A DNA stretch of 39,736 nucleotides, from assembly GCA_044225505.1 (NCBI GenBank), contig JBGAIN010000067.1, positions 1 through 39,736 of the forward strand, written 5' to 3'. Shown piece after piece: positions 28,836 through 37,729 of the stretch. Each line of letters starts with the position of its first letter. The stretch's first letter is position 1. This stretch comes from Limisphaerales bacterium (GTDB taxonomy: Bacteria; Verrucomicrobiota; Verrucomicrobiia; Limisphaerales; SIBE01). Below the pieces are notes generated by a model. That model did no database searches, was not told where the DNA came from, and saw only the letters and a list, made by a program, of their open reading frames with translations. The position numbers were made by a program, and so were the translations under genes.

Positions 28836-28850
28836 GCAGCGATCGTGCCA
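28836..28850 (-). promoter_or_regulatory. Putative sigma54 (-24/-12) promoter upstream of the esterase
   Basis: TGGCACGATCGCTGC with correct GG-N10-GC spacing. Confidence 0.5.
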
Positions 28851-29340
28851 TAGGGATTCGGACCTGCCGCGCACTTGGGCGGCGGCCGCTTCCAGACTCG
28901 AAAATTTGTAGCATGGGTTGGCCCTCTCAGCAACGATGACGCTGACGTTGGGCCGGGACAATCGCTCGGCTCGCCCCCGTGCGGATACAGAACGGGGCGA
29001 TTCGACAATCCAAGGTGTTATCAAGAGGTCGTCGCAGACTCGAACCTTTTGGTAGGGTTCACCGCTCGAAGCGAGATGCGGAACTCATTCGTTGAGCAGA
29101 CCGGTACTCCTTGTGAGCCTTGGGAAGATCCAACGCCGCTTCTGCACCCTGAGCACGCCCACAAATCCCAGGCAGGGTACTTGTTGATAGAAACCGGTTC
29201 TTTTAGTTAGCCTCCACGGTTGGTCTGACGATGCCGCTGCGGTCCTTGCTCCCACTGAATTTCAATCACACCGGATGACGAGCGGCCTGCGATTCGGGTT
29301 GGACAACGGTTCTGGGTAAGGGCTACAGTCCGCGCTGCTA

Positions 29341-29622
29341 ATGAAAAACCATGCGGTGACGAATCTGTTATTGGGCCTGGTGGCGCTGAGCGTCGTTTCG
29401 ACGTCCGCATTAGCGCTCATCTACGTTCGGGCTGTGCAGAACTTAAATCGGCTCCAATTTCAATCCGCGCGTGTCACTCGGAATCGCGCCTTGATCAACT
29501 CATTGGCGAGCGACGCAGTCGAGTACAGTCGGCGCAACCCATCGATCGATCCGGTTTTGCAGTCCGTCGGGATCAAGCCGCGCTCTGGGTCCGCTCCAAC
29601 GCAACCGCCGGTTAAGCCCTAG
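29341..29622 (+). CDS. Small single-pass membrane hypothetical protein
   Basis: N-terminal TM helix, helical/coiled-coil-like region, EYSRRNPSIDPVL motif, Pro-rich tail. Confidence 0.7.
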   Translation: MKNHAVTNLLLGLVALSVVSTSALALIYVRAVQNLNRLQFQSARVTRNRALINSLASDAVEYSRRNPSIDPVLQSVGIKPRSGSAPTQPPVKP

Positions 29623-29625
29623 GTT

Positions 29626-30036
29626 ATGAGCGATCCCTCTTCGTCTCCTTTCTCGTCCGGGGCTCCGTCCTCGGAGGTCACGCTCGAGACTTTGGCGCAA
29701 TCCTACCAATCTCTGCGGACGGCCTTTAATGTCTCCCTGGTTTTGGTCGGGGTCCTGAGCGCGAGTTTATCCATCTTCTTCATCCGGGAGTTAAGCATCG
29801 CGCGGCGGCAGACGAACGAACTTAATTCCTCAATCGCTGAGTACGAGCGGACCGCCGTTCCGCTCCTGGAAGATTTTCGGACCAAGTTGCAGGCGTTCAC
29901 GGCCTCCCATCCGGATTTCGCGCCGATCTACGCCAAGTATTTCGGCGGGACTAATGTCCCTTCGGGCAATCCGATACCCAACCGGGCGCAGCCCGCAAGC
30001 AATGCGGCCGGCGTGCGGTTGCCGCCAGGGCGGTAG
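29626..30036 (+). CDS. Single-pass membrane hypothetical protein, similar in architecture to the upstream gene
   Basis: TM helix FNVSLVLVGVLSASLSIFFI, coiled-coil-like region, AFTASHPDFAPIY motif. Starts 3 nt after the upstream stop. Confidence 0.75.
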   Translation: MSDPSSSPFSSGAPSSEVTLETLAQSYQSLRTAFNVSLVLVGVLSASLSIFFIRELSIARRQTNELNSSIAEYERTAVPLLEDFRTKLQAFTASHPDFAPIYAKYFGGTNVPSGNPIPNRAQPASNAAGVRLPPGR

Positions 30037-30090
30037 GGAATAAGAAAGGCGGACTTCGCTTTCGCGAGGCGCTGCTCGATCGCCACTGGC

Positions 30091-30552
30091 CTAGGCAGGA
30101 TTCGTCTTGGTTTTTGAAACCAAGCGAACATTGGTAATCTGCATCGCCTTATCCACCGCTTTGCACATGTCGTAAATGGTCAAAGCAGCGACCGTGACGG
30201 CCGTGAGCGCTTCCATTTCGACACCGGTCTGAGCAAGAGTCCTCGCTTGTCCGGTAATCTTGATGCGGTCATTAGAACCCGGTATTTCAAAGTCCACTTG
30301 GCAGTGGGAGAGCGGCAACGAATGGCACATCGGAATTAGATCCCAGGTTTTCTTCGCCGCGAGGATCCCCGCAACCCGGGCCGTGGCAAATACATTTCCC
30401 TTGGCCACTCGTTGTTCTTGGATTAACTGCAACGTCGAGGGGGCCACCAGAATCTCTCCTGCGGCGATTGCCACACGGTCTTGGGGAGGTTTCTCAGAAA
30501 CATCCACCATCTTGGCTTCGCCCCGGGCATCGATATGGCTGAGCTTCTTCAC
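30091..30552 (-). CDS. moaC: Cyclic pyranopterin monophosphate synthase
   Basis: LSHID..GEAKMVDVSEK, LIPMCH, TGVEMEAL, TIYDMCKAVD. GTG 30552 overlaps the panB stop (GTGA). Confidence 0.95.
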   Translation of the reverse strand: MKKLSHIDARGEAKMVDVSEKPPQDRVAIAAGEILVAPSTLQLIQEQRVAKGNVFATARVAGILAAKKTWDLIPMCHSLPLSHCQVDFEIPGSNDRIKITGQARTLAQTGVEMEALTAVTVAALTIYDMCKAVDKAMQITNVRLVSKTKTNPA

Positions 30553-31349
30553 AATTTGGGAGATGACAGTTCTGCTTTCCACGCTTGAACTGCGGATCGG
30601 ATTTCGTTGGCGACGGCCAGCTTCGGGCGCACGAATCGAGGCGTAAACCAAGGGTACATCCCTAACAAGTCGTGCGTGACCAGAATTTGTCCGTCGCAGC
30701 CTGGACCGGAACCGATCCCAATCGTTGGGATCGAAACGGCGCGCGTAATTTCTTCGGCGACCGTCGGCGTGATGATTTCCAGCACAAGAGCCATGGCGCC
30801 TGCTTCCGCGAGGGCGTGTGCATCTTCCAGCAGCGCTTCGCGTTGGGATGGAGTCCGCCCTTTGATCTTGTAACCGCCTTCTTCCAGCACGTGTTGCGGA
30901 AGCATTCCGAGATGGCCGCAGTATGGAATTCCAGCACTGATAATCGCTCGAATTTGGGGCAGAATCTCTCTCCCCCCCTCTGCTTTAACGACCTCAGCTC
31001 CCGCCGCGACGAGTCGCTGGGCGTTTCCCACGGCGTCGGCGGCGGTTTGGTAGGTGCGATAGGGCAGGTCAGCGGCGATCAACGCGCGCGGTTGCGCCCG
31101 GGCGACGGCGCGAACGTGGTGTTCCATCTCTTCCAGAGTAACGTGCGTGGTGTCTGGGTAGCCAGTAACGTGCGTGGTGTCTGGGTAGCCTAGAACGACC
31201 ATCCCCACCGTGTCGCCGACATGAATAAAGTGTATGCCAGCCTCATCAAGAAGCTTGGCCAAAGGGAAGTCATATGCCGTCAGGGCGGCGATTGGCTCGC
31301 GCCCTTTCATGCTACGAATGTGCGCGGCGGTAATCTTTGTCGAAACCAC
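30549..31349 (-). CDS. panB: 3-methyl-2-oxobutanoate hydroxymethyltransferase, carrying a 9-aa duplication
   Basis: LTAYD, VGDTVGMVVLG, ADLPY, VKAEGG, GHLGMLPQ, IPTIGIGSG..CDGQILV.HDLLG. Confidence 0.95.
   Translation of the reverse strand: MVSTKITAAHIRSMKGREPIAALTAYDFPLAKLLDEAGIHFIHVGDTVGMVVLGYPDTTHVTGYPDTTHVTLEEMEHHVRAVARAQPRALIAADLPYRTYQTAADAVGNAQRLVAAGAEVVKAEGGREILPQIRAIISAGIPYCGHLGMLPQHVLEEGGYKIKGRTPSQREALLEDAHALAEAGAMALVLEIITPTVAEEITRAVSIPTIGIGSGPGCDGQILVTHDLLGMYPWFTPRFVRPKLAVANEIRSAVQAWKAELSSPKL
31137..31190. repeat. Exact 27-nt tandem duplication inside panB
   Basis: AGTAACGTGCGTGGTGTCTGGGTAGCC occurs at 31137-31163 and again at 31164-31190. Confidence 0.98.
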
Positions 31350-31479
31350 GCAAGACCATTGTCCGGAGGTTCCTCCGGAGCAAGTGGAATCTCGAATCCC
31401 TACCTACGCCAGGAATACGGTTGGTGCCCTGGGACTTCTGCAGCCTTGATCGAAAGGCGATGCCCGTTACCCTGATGGA

Positions 31480-34400
31480 ATGTCGCGTTCATATCTTGCC
31501 GCTTTCCGTCGGCTGACCACCGGCGTCTTGGCTGGTCTGCTCCTCCGGTTCGCCAGTGTGACAACGGCTCAGTCTTTGCCCCCCGCGAACGGTCGCCCCC
31601 AGAGCCAGCCGGAACTATCACTCCTCGCTCCTACCAATCTAATGGCCTGGTGCATTGTCCCTTTTGACGCCAAAAAGCGCGGCCCCGAAGCTCGGGCTCA
31701 GATGCTCGATCGTTTAGGCTTCCGGCACTTCGCCTACGATTGGCGCGACGAACATATCCCTAGTTTCGACGAAGAGATCGAGACCATGCGTCGCCATGGA
31801 ATCTCCATTGATGCCTGGTGGTTTCCAGCTGACTTAGGCAAAACCAGTCGCGCGATCCTCGACGCTCTGCAACGCCACGACATCCATCCGCAATTATGGA
31901 TCACGATGGGAGATCCCGCTCCGCAAGGGAGTGGCGCTGATAAGGTGCGCGCGGCGAGTGCAACGCTTCGTCCGATTGCCGAGGAAGCCGCCAAGCGCGG
32001 GTGTGCCGTCGGCCTTTACAACCATGGCGGCTGGTTTGGGGAACCGGAAAACCAACTCGCGATCCTAAAAGAACTCCCGATGACGAACGTCGGGATCGTT
32101 TACAACTTTCACCATGGTCATGACCATATCGAGCGTTTCGCTGAGTTATTCCCTAAAATGCAATCCCGCTTGTTGGCCGTGAATCTCAACGGCATGGTCA
32201 AAGGCGGCGATCGGAGCGGGAAGAAGATCCTGACGCTCGGGGAGGGAGACCAGGAGTGGCGCATGCTCCAGGTCATTCTTGCCAGCAATTGGCATGGACT
32301 GATCGGGATCCTGGATCATCGTGACGAGACGGATTCCGAAGAGACCTTGCGCGCCAATCTGCAAGGCCTGAATAGACTGCGAGAGGCGCTGTGCCCTTCA
32401 TCCCCACCTGCATCACCACCGGACGGCAAACCGCCAGCGAACAGTCCGTCGCGAGCCTCGTTGAGCGAACCGGCACCGATCGAGGATAGTGCGGTGCGAG
32501 CGCAAATGCCTGAAACGGTCGTTGAACCGCCAGCGAGAGACAGCGAACTCACGCTCGCAAACGGATTTCCGCAGGCGACCATCTTTCGCAAGTGGGAACG
32601 TTCTCATGGCGATGCTTCCGGGGCTCGATTCTCTAGCCTGAACCAAGTCGATCGTAGCAACGTCAAGAATCTCGAGCTTGCCTGGACCTATCATTCGGGC
32701 GATGGCAATGGGAACATCCAGTGCAACCCGGTAATTGTCGATGGCGTCTTGTTTACCCCAACTCCAGGGGGCTGCATCGCTGCGGTGGATGGCGCGACCG
32801 GCACCGAGGTTTGGCGGTTCAAATTGACTGATCTAGGTCCGTCCGCAGGGCTGGCCGATGCCCCCGCACGACGGGGCATGGTATACTGGGCGGGGGATGG
32901 CGAAGAACCAGCGCGGCTATTCTTCGCGGTCAATCGCTGGGTCTATGCGATCGACGTCAAAACCGGCCGACCGATCGATTCCTTCGGCATCCACGGACGA
33001 GTTCCGCTCGAAACCGCCGGCACTGTGGCCGGTGCCATCTTTCAAAATGTGCTGGTTGTTCCAGGTTTTGAACGCGACGTTTTCGGCTTCGATGTTCGTT
33101 CGGGACGACTCTTGTGGCGCTTCCACACGATTCCTCGCCCTGGCGAGTTTGGCGCTGAAACATGGGATCGTCCGGAGCAGGGAGCCAATTGCTGGGGCGG
33201 AATGGCCATGGATACAGAGCGAGGGATTGCCTACGTCGCGACCGGATCACCCAAACCCGACTTTCTTGGAATGGGCCACCGTGGCCAGAATCTTTTTTCC
33301 GATTGCCTGATTGCTCTGGATGCCAGGACCGGACAGAGACTGTGGCATTTCCAGGAAGTTCGACATGACATTTGGGACTGGGACATTCCTTCCCCGCCGG
33401 TGCTGGTAACGGTCAACGTGCGTGGGCGGCGGGTGGACGCGGTGGCCGCTGTCACCAAGCTTGGCAACACGCTCTTGCTAGATCGCGTTTCGGGAAAGCC
33501 GCTGTTTCCGTTCCGCTTGAAGCGGGCGCCCACCACCAAGATTCCCGGCGAGCATACCTGGCCTTATCAGCCGAGTCCGGAACTTCCCGAGCCGATCGTC
33601 CGACAGGAATTCCGTCTCGACGATGTCACGCAACGGACCGAGGAGGCAACGGATGCCGTGATGAAGGTCGTAAGCCGGGCGAACTACGGGTGGTTCACCG
33701 CCTTTGAGGAAGCCAAGCCGACAGTGCTGTTTAATGAACATGGCGGAGCCGAATGGACCGGCGCTGCTTACCACCCTGGAAGCGGGCGTCTCTTCGTGAG
33801 CGTTAACGAGATTCCCTGGTATATTACCGTCTTCCGAGACGATGAGGTCGCGCGCGACAACCATGGATCTCCCACTGCGGGCGAACAGTTGTTCCAAATC
33901 AACTGCGCGCAGTGTCACGGCCCCGATCGCCGTGGGTTGACTCAAGCACCCCCGTTGATCGGGCTGCGCCATCGGAAGACCGAGGCCGAAGTGCTGGCCC
34001 AGATGGAAAACGGTAAGGGCGCCATGCCTTCCCATCCGAATCTCACGTTGCCAGAGAAAAAGGCTTTGGTGGACTATTTACTCTTGCGGGATGGGGCGAT
34101 CGTGCCTCGCCCTCAAGGCGCGCCTGTTCGCTGGACCTTCGGTGGCTGGCAGAAGCTCTTGGATGATGAAGGCTACCCCGGGTGCACCCCCCCTTGGGGA
34201 TCGTTAGTCTGCCTGGACCTGAATACAGGTAGAATTGTCTGGAAGGTGCCCCTCGGTGAACACGAAGAACTCACTCGCCGAGGCGTGGCAAAGACAGGCA
34301 CTGAGAACTTTGGCGGAGCCACGGTTACGGCAGGAGACTTGGTTTTTGCTTCTGGAACCCGGGATAATCGAATTCGCGCGTTCGATGCCGAGACCGGGGC

Positions 34401-34605
34401 CGAGCTTTGGTCGTATGGGCTCCCTCGGCACGGCACGGCGCCAATTTCTGTTTACGAAGCGCGAGGTCGACAGTATGTCGTCGTGCCGGCCACGGGTGGC
34501 GGAAAGCTCGGGGGGCCAATGGGCGATGCCCTGGTGGCATTTGCTCTTCCGCTCGATAAGAACGAACGAACCACCGCGCTCCACGTCCAAACCGGGCGTC
34601 CCTGA
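31480..34605 (+). CDS. Fusion of a xylose-isomerase-like TIM barrel and a PQQ-dependent dehydrogenase with an inserted cytochrome c
   Basis: TIM barrel: AWCIVPFD, GLYNHGGWFGEP, VYNFHHGH. PQQ propeller: RFSSLNQVDRSNVKNLELAW, GANCWGGM, HDIWDWD, PPWGSL, ENFGG. Heme motif CAQCH with distal GAMP. Confidence 0.85.
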   Translation: MSRSYLAAFRRLTTGVLAGLLLRFASVTTAQSLPPANGRPQSQPELSLLAPTNLMAWCIVPFDAKKRGPEARAQMLDRLGFRHFAYDWRDEHIPSFDEEIETMRRHGISIDAWWFPADLGKTSRAILDALQRHDIHPQLWITMGDPAPQGSGADKVRAASATLRPIAEEAAKRGCAVGLYNHGGWFGEPENQLAILKELPMTNVGIVYNFHHGHDHIERFAELFPKMQSRLLAVNLNGMVKGGDRSGKKILTLGEGDQEWRMLQVILASNWHGLIGILDHRDETDSEETLRANLQGLNRLREALCPSSPPASPPDGKPPANSPSRASLSEPAPIEDSAVRAQMPETVVEPPARDSELTLANGFPQATIFRKWERSHGDASGARFSSLNQVDRSNVKNLELAWTYHSGDGNGNIQCNPVIVDGVLFTPTPGGCIAAVDGATGTEVWRFKLTDLGPSAGLADAPARRGMVYWAGDGEEPARLFFAVNRWVYAIDVKTGRPIDSFGIHGRVPLETAGTVAGAIFQNVLVVPGFERDVFGFDVRSGRLLWRFHTIPRPGEFGAETWDRPEQGANCWGGMAMDTERGIAYVATGSPKPDFLGMGHRGQNLFSDCLIALDARTGQRLWHFQEVRHDIWDWDIPSPPVLVTVNVRGRRVDAVAAVTKLGNTLLLDRVSGKPLFPFRLKRAPTTKIPGEHTWPYQPSPELPEPIVRQEFRLDDVTQRTEEATDAVMKVVSRANYGWFTAFEEAKPTVLFNEHGGAEWTGAAYHPGSGRLFVSVNEIPWYITVFRDDEVARDNHGSPTAGEQLFQINCAQCHGPDRRGLTQAPPLIGLRHRKTEAEVLAQMENGKGAMPSHPNLTLPEKKALVDYLLLRDGAIVPRPQGAPVRWTFGGWQKLLDDEGYPGCTPPWGSLVCLDLNTGRIVWKVPLGEHEELTRRGVAKTGTENFGGATVTAGDLVFASGTRDNRIRAFDAETGAELWSYGLPRHGTAPISVYEARGRQYVVVPATGGGKLGGPMGDALVAFALPLDKNERTTALHVQTGRP

Positions 34606-34725
34606 GACGGCTTGCGCTACACCGGTGAATTCCCAGGCCTTGGGGCATGGTAGCTGAGCCGGGTGACCCGTTCGCAGGCTGAATGGCTTGTCTCCGCCAG
34701 CTTCAGCGTGTTCACTGCACACTCA

Positions 34726-35145
34726 ATGAAATCTCTGACGGAACATCTTTGGTTTGAGGTTCCCAATCGGCGGGGCTTCGTGAATATCACATCCACCATT
34801 GAGGATCTGGTGATGAAGAGCGGGGTTAACGAGGGACTTTGCCTCGTTTCCGCAATGCACATCACCGCTTCCGTCTTCATCAACGATGCCGAAGACGGTC
34901 TTTTGCACGACTACGAAGTCTGGCTCGAGAAACTGGCTCCGCATGCCCCAACCTCCCAATACCGCCATAACCGAACGGGTGAAGATAATGCGGATGCTCA
35001 CCTCAAACGGCAAATTATGGGACGCGAGGTGGTCGTTGCCATTACCAATGGCAAGCTCGACTTTGGCCCTTGGGAACAAATCTTCTATGGCGAATTCGAC
35101 GGAAGACGCCGCAAGCGCGTGCTTGTGAAAATCATCGGAGAGTAG
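34726..35145 (+). CDS. yjbQ: YjbQ / UPF0047 family protein
   Basis: [45 protein letters not shown]. Confidence 0.9.
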   Translation: MKSLTEHLWFEVPNRRGFVNITSTIEDLVMKSGVNEGLCLVSAMHITASVFINDAEDGLLHDYEVWLEKLAPHAPTSQYRHNRTGEDNADAHLKRQIMGREVVVAITNGKLDFGPWEQIFYGEFDGRRRKRVLVKIIGE

Positions 35146-35216
35146 CTCGAGGCCTTTACCAGCGCAGCGTTAAGCTTTTTGCTTGAACATTAGATTTACT
35201 GTGTTACCGGGTGACT

Positions 35217-35781
35217 ATGTGGAAGAGTATCTTCTTAAACCCAGTGACTTTGGGTGTCTTGAACGCTGCGCTTCTCGTCGCTTCTCAAGCGGCCCAAGTT
35301 GACCAGGAGAACTGGGCTCCAGAACTTGTCCGGTCTGCGTCTATTGTCGCCCAACAAGAGTTCACTCCAACCCTCGACCGGCTAGATAGCGTTCAATTGT
35401 GGTTGCCCAGAGGAGATCAGCTTCCGATGCCTCTTGTGTTCGGCAGCTTTGCGGTCCAGATCCGAGCAGGCGGGATAAATGGTCCCATCCTGGCCGCGAG
35501 TCAGCCGACCTACCTTCCGCCTTTTTGAGCTTGTTCCCGGTCAGACGTACGCGCTTGAGCCCATTGTCGTAAGGGCAAATATGGCGGTCTTCGGCGCCAC
35601 TCTAGAACGATATCCCGGAAAGTATCTGGCCTGGGGCGGTATTGAAGAATCTGATTTGGTTTTCCGAACAGGCATCGGATTGGAAATTGTGCCCGAGCCG
35701 TTAGCGACGCTGCTCATCGGGTTGAGTCTAGCCGTCGTGTTTCCGTTCGGTCTATGCCGACCGGCAGCCAAGTCGTGCTGA
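35217..35781 (+). pseudogene. PEP-CTERM protein split by a frameshift at ~35526
   Basis: Frame 1: signal peptide, QEFTPTL, IRAGG..GPILA, stop at 35528. Frame 2 continues ELVPGQTYALE...DLVFRTG..VPEP, then a TM segment and a basic tail. Confidence 0.75.
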
Positions 35782-36088
35782 TGTTCGTGATAGCGTCTTC
35801 CCATTTCCATTGGCCCGAGGTTGCTAATTTGTAGAGCGCTGAAAATTAGGCTCACTGACACATTCCAACTTTCTTCGCGCTTGGACAGTATTGGGTCACG
35901 CCCGCAGTGGCATTTCGTGTCGGATTTATCCCAGGCTGGCCAAAACCCGCCACCGATTTCCAGTCAGATGTGGGGAATCATCCGTTGGTCTTGGCGAAAG
36001 TCGATACTAGCCCGGACACCGTTGCAGCAAATGAAACGATCCAACCCGGTTTGCTGAAATTCTCCGCTGCAATGGCATAACGACAAGG

Positions 36089-36104
36089 TGGCATCCCGGT
36101 TGCT
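36089..36104 (+). promoter_or_regulatory. sigma54 (-24/-12) promoter
   Basis: TGGCATCCCGGTTGCT (GG-N10-GC, TTGC present), 65 nt before ATG 36169. An imperfect palindrome GTTGCA-N5-TGAAAC lies at 36021-36037. Confidence 0.7.
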
Positions 36105-36168
36105 AATGCTCTCAACGCCGACTCAACCCTTGTTACCTTGCGTCGGCTAAAACACTGAACTGAGTTGT

Positions 36169-37038
36169 ATGGCCGAATCCCTTGCTCCCACCGTTGATAT
36201 TGGACGGACTCCCCGTGTTTCGTTCGAAGACTCCGCGCCTCGGCCTGTGTTGCTCCGGCAACAGCGGCTTCAGACGTACCTGCAACAGCACCCGATCTCT
36301 GGAGTGAAACCAAGCCAGGTTCAGATCCACTTTTCCACTATGCCAGCACACTATTGGGAGCGGGTTACAAAAGCAGAATTGGTTTGGGGTTTAGAAGCGG
36401 TCGAGCAGTTCATGGAAAAATCTGCTGCGGCAGAGACTCCTCGCTCCACGGTCGTTGCCCATTCCCGGGACTATCCGGAACGGAATGTAACCAAGATCCT
36501 GGTCTGTTCTTGGGATCGACCTGGACTCCTGGCCAAGATCGCCGCGGCGTTCACCGCGCTGCGTGTGAACATCCTCCGGGCGGATGTCTACACCCGCGCG
36601 GACGGGTTGGCGTTGGACATGTTCGAGGTGGTCAGCACGGATCAGGCGACCGAGGCCGATCAGGAACGCCTTCGACATTTGGTCTTCCTCTTGGAGGGCG
36701 CCCTGAGTGAGCCTCCTCGATTCGTTTCGATTTGGGCTGGTGAATTCCACAAAACGCTTCCCAGAGGGGCGGCCGTTCCCACGCAAGTGACTTTCGACAA
36801 CAACTATTCTCAGGATCACACTGTGATCCGCGTCGAAGCATCCGATCGCTTAGGTCTTCTTCATGACCTCCTCCGCGGTTTGACCGAATGCGGGCTCAAT
36901 GTGGCCGAAGCCTCGGTCGAGACCGACGCCAGTCTAGCTGTCGACGCCTTTCACGTGACAGATCTGACCGGCGCCAAGATTCGTGAGACGTTCCGACTTG
37001 AGACTGTGCGGAAGGCTTTGTTGCGCTCCATCGGTTAG
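36169..37038 (+). CDS. Tandem ACT-domain protein resembling the GlnD C-terminal region
   Basis: HFSTMPAHYW; ACT1 CSWDRPGLLAKIAAAF..LRVNILRADVYTRADGLALDMFEV; ACT2 VTFDN...HTVIRVEASDRLGLLHDL...AVDAFHVTD. No nucleotidyltransferase or HD domain. Confidence 0.85.
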   Translation: MAESLAPTVDIGRTPRVSFEDSAPRPVLLRQQRLQTYLQQHPISGVKPSQVQIHFSTMPAHYWERVTKAELVWGLEAVEQFMEKSAAAETPRSTVVAHSRDYPERNVTKILVCSWDRPGLLAKIAAAFTALRVNILRADVYTRADGLALDMFEVVSTDQATEADQERLRHLVFLLEGALSEPPRFVSIWAGEFHKTLPRGAAVPTQVTFDNNYSQDHTVIRVEASDRLGLLHDLLRGLTECGLNVAEASVETDASLAVDAFHVTDLTGAKIRETFRLETVRKALLRSIG

Positions 37039-37058
37039 CCTGGGGCTCCGGGCTAACC
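37033..37058 (+). terminator. Stem-loop at the end of the ACT gene
   Basis: GGTTAGCCTGG-GGCT-CCGGGCTAACC forms an 11-bp stem (one G-U pair); no U tract. Confidence 0.4.
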
Positions 37059-37729
37059 CTCACGCCAACTGGAGGAACGAAGCTGAGCGATCGTTTGTTG
37101 CACAGTCTGTTGCCATTTTGTCACCAACCATCCCTATTGTTGTTAATCAATGAGTTAGAGACTTCCGGTGGCACTCGGTAAGAGCTGAGGGGCGGACCAA
37201 AACCTGGAGCGTTGACGGGGTCGGGGCGTAACTGCTTCCAGATGTGATCCTTTCGGCGTTTGAAGCGTTCCTGGCGGACCCTCGGACGGTTCCGCCGCGC
37301 ATTCCACCTTCTTCGAGAACGGAGCGACATTTCGCTAGAATTTCGGAAAAGATACCTGGTCCGTGGCCGCTTCTGCCGTTGGTGACCCACTCCTAACCCA
37401 CTAAGAGTGGGTTACCAGTGCGTCAGCTCCGAACGGACAGCGAAGGGAGCAGGGGAGGATTAGTGTGGTGACCGCCAAGCTTGTTCTCCACCCCGTCTCA
37501 GGTGTCTTGTGCTGGTTGAATTGTTCTTTAAACATTTGGAAATAAGAATCTTGTGTTGGCTTTGGCTCGCTCGTTCCTGCTTGCGGCGAGCGGCCTTTTG
37601 CCCTTTCCACGGAGCCCATTAGGTCGAATTCAAAGTGGCGGCAGGATGCATCCGTTAACTTGGAGGATTTGCTGTTTTCGATTTCGCATACATAATAGTG
37701 CAGATCACGACAGCGTCAGCGGGTCGGCT

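Noticed and set aside
35811..35825. TGGCCCGAGGTTGCT as a sigma54 promoter
   Set aside because: GG-to-GC spacing is 9 nt instead of the required 10.
37553..37729. Extended lepB N-terminus given in the ORF track
   Set aside because: Composition is not protein-like; ATG 37730 gives a typical single-TM signal peptidase.
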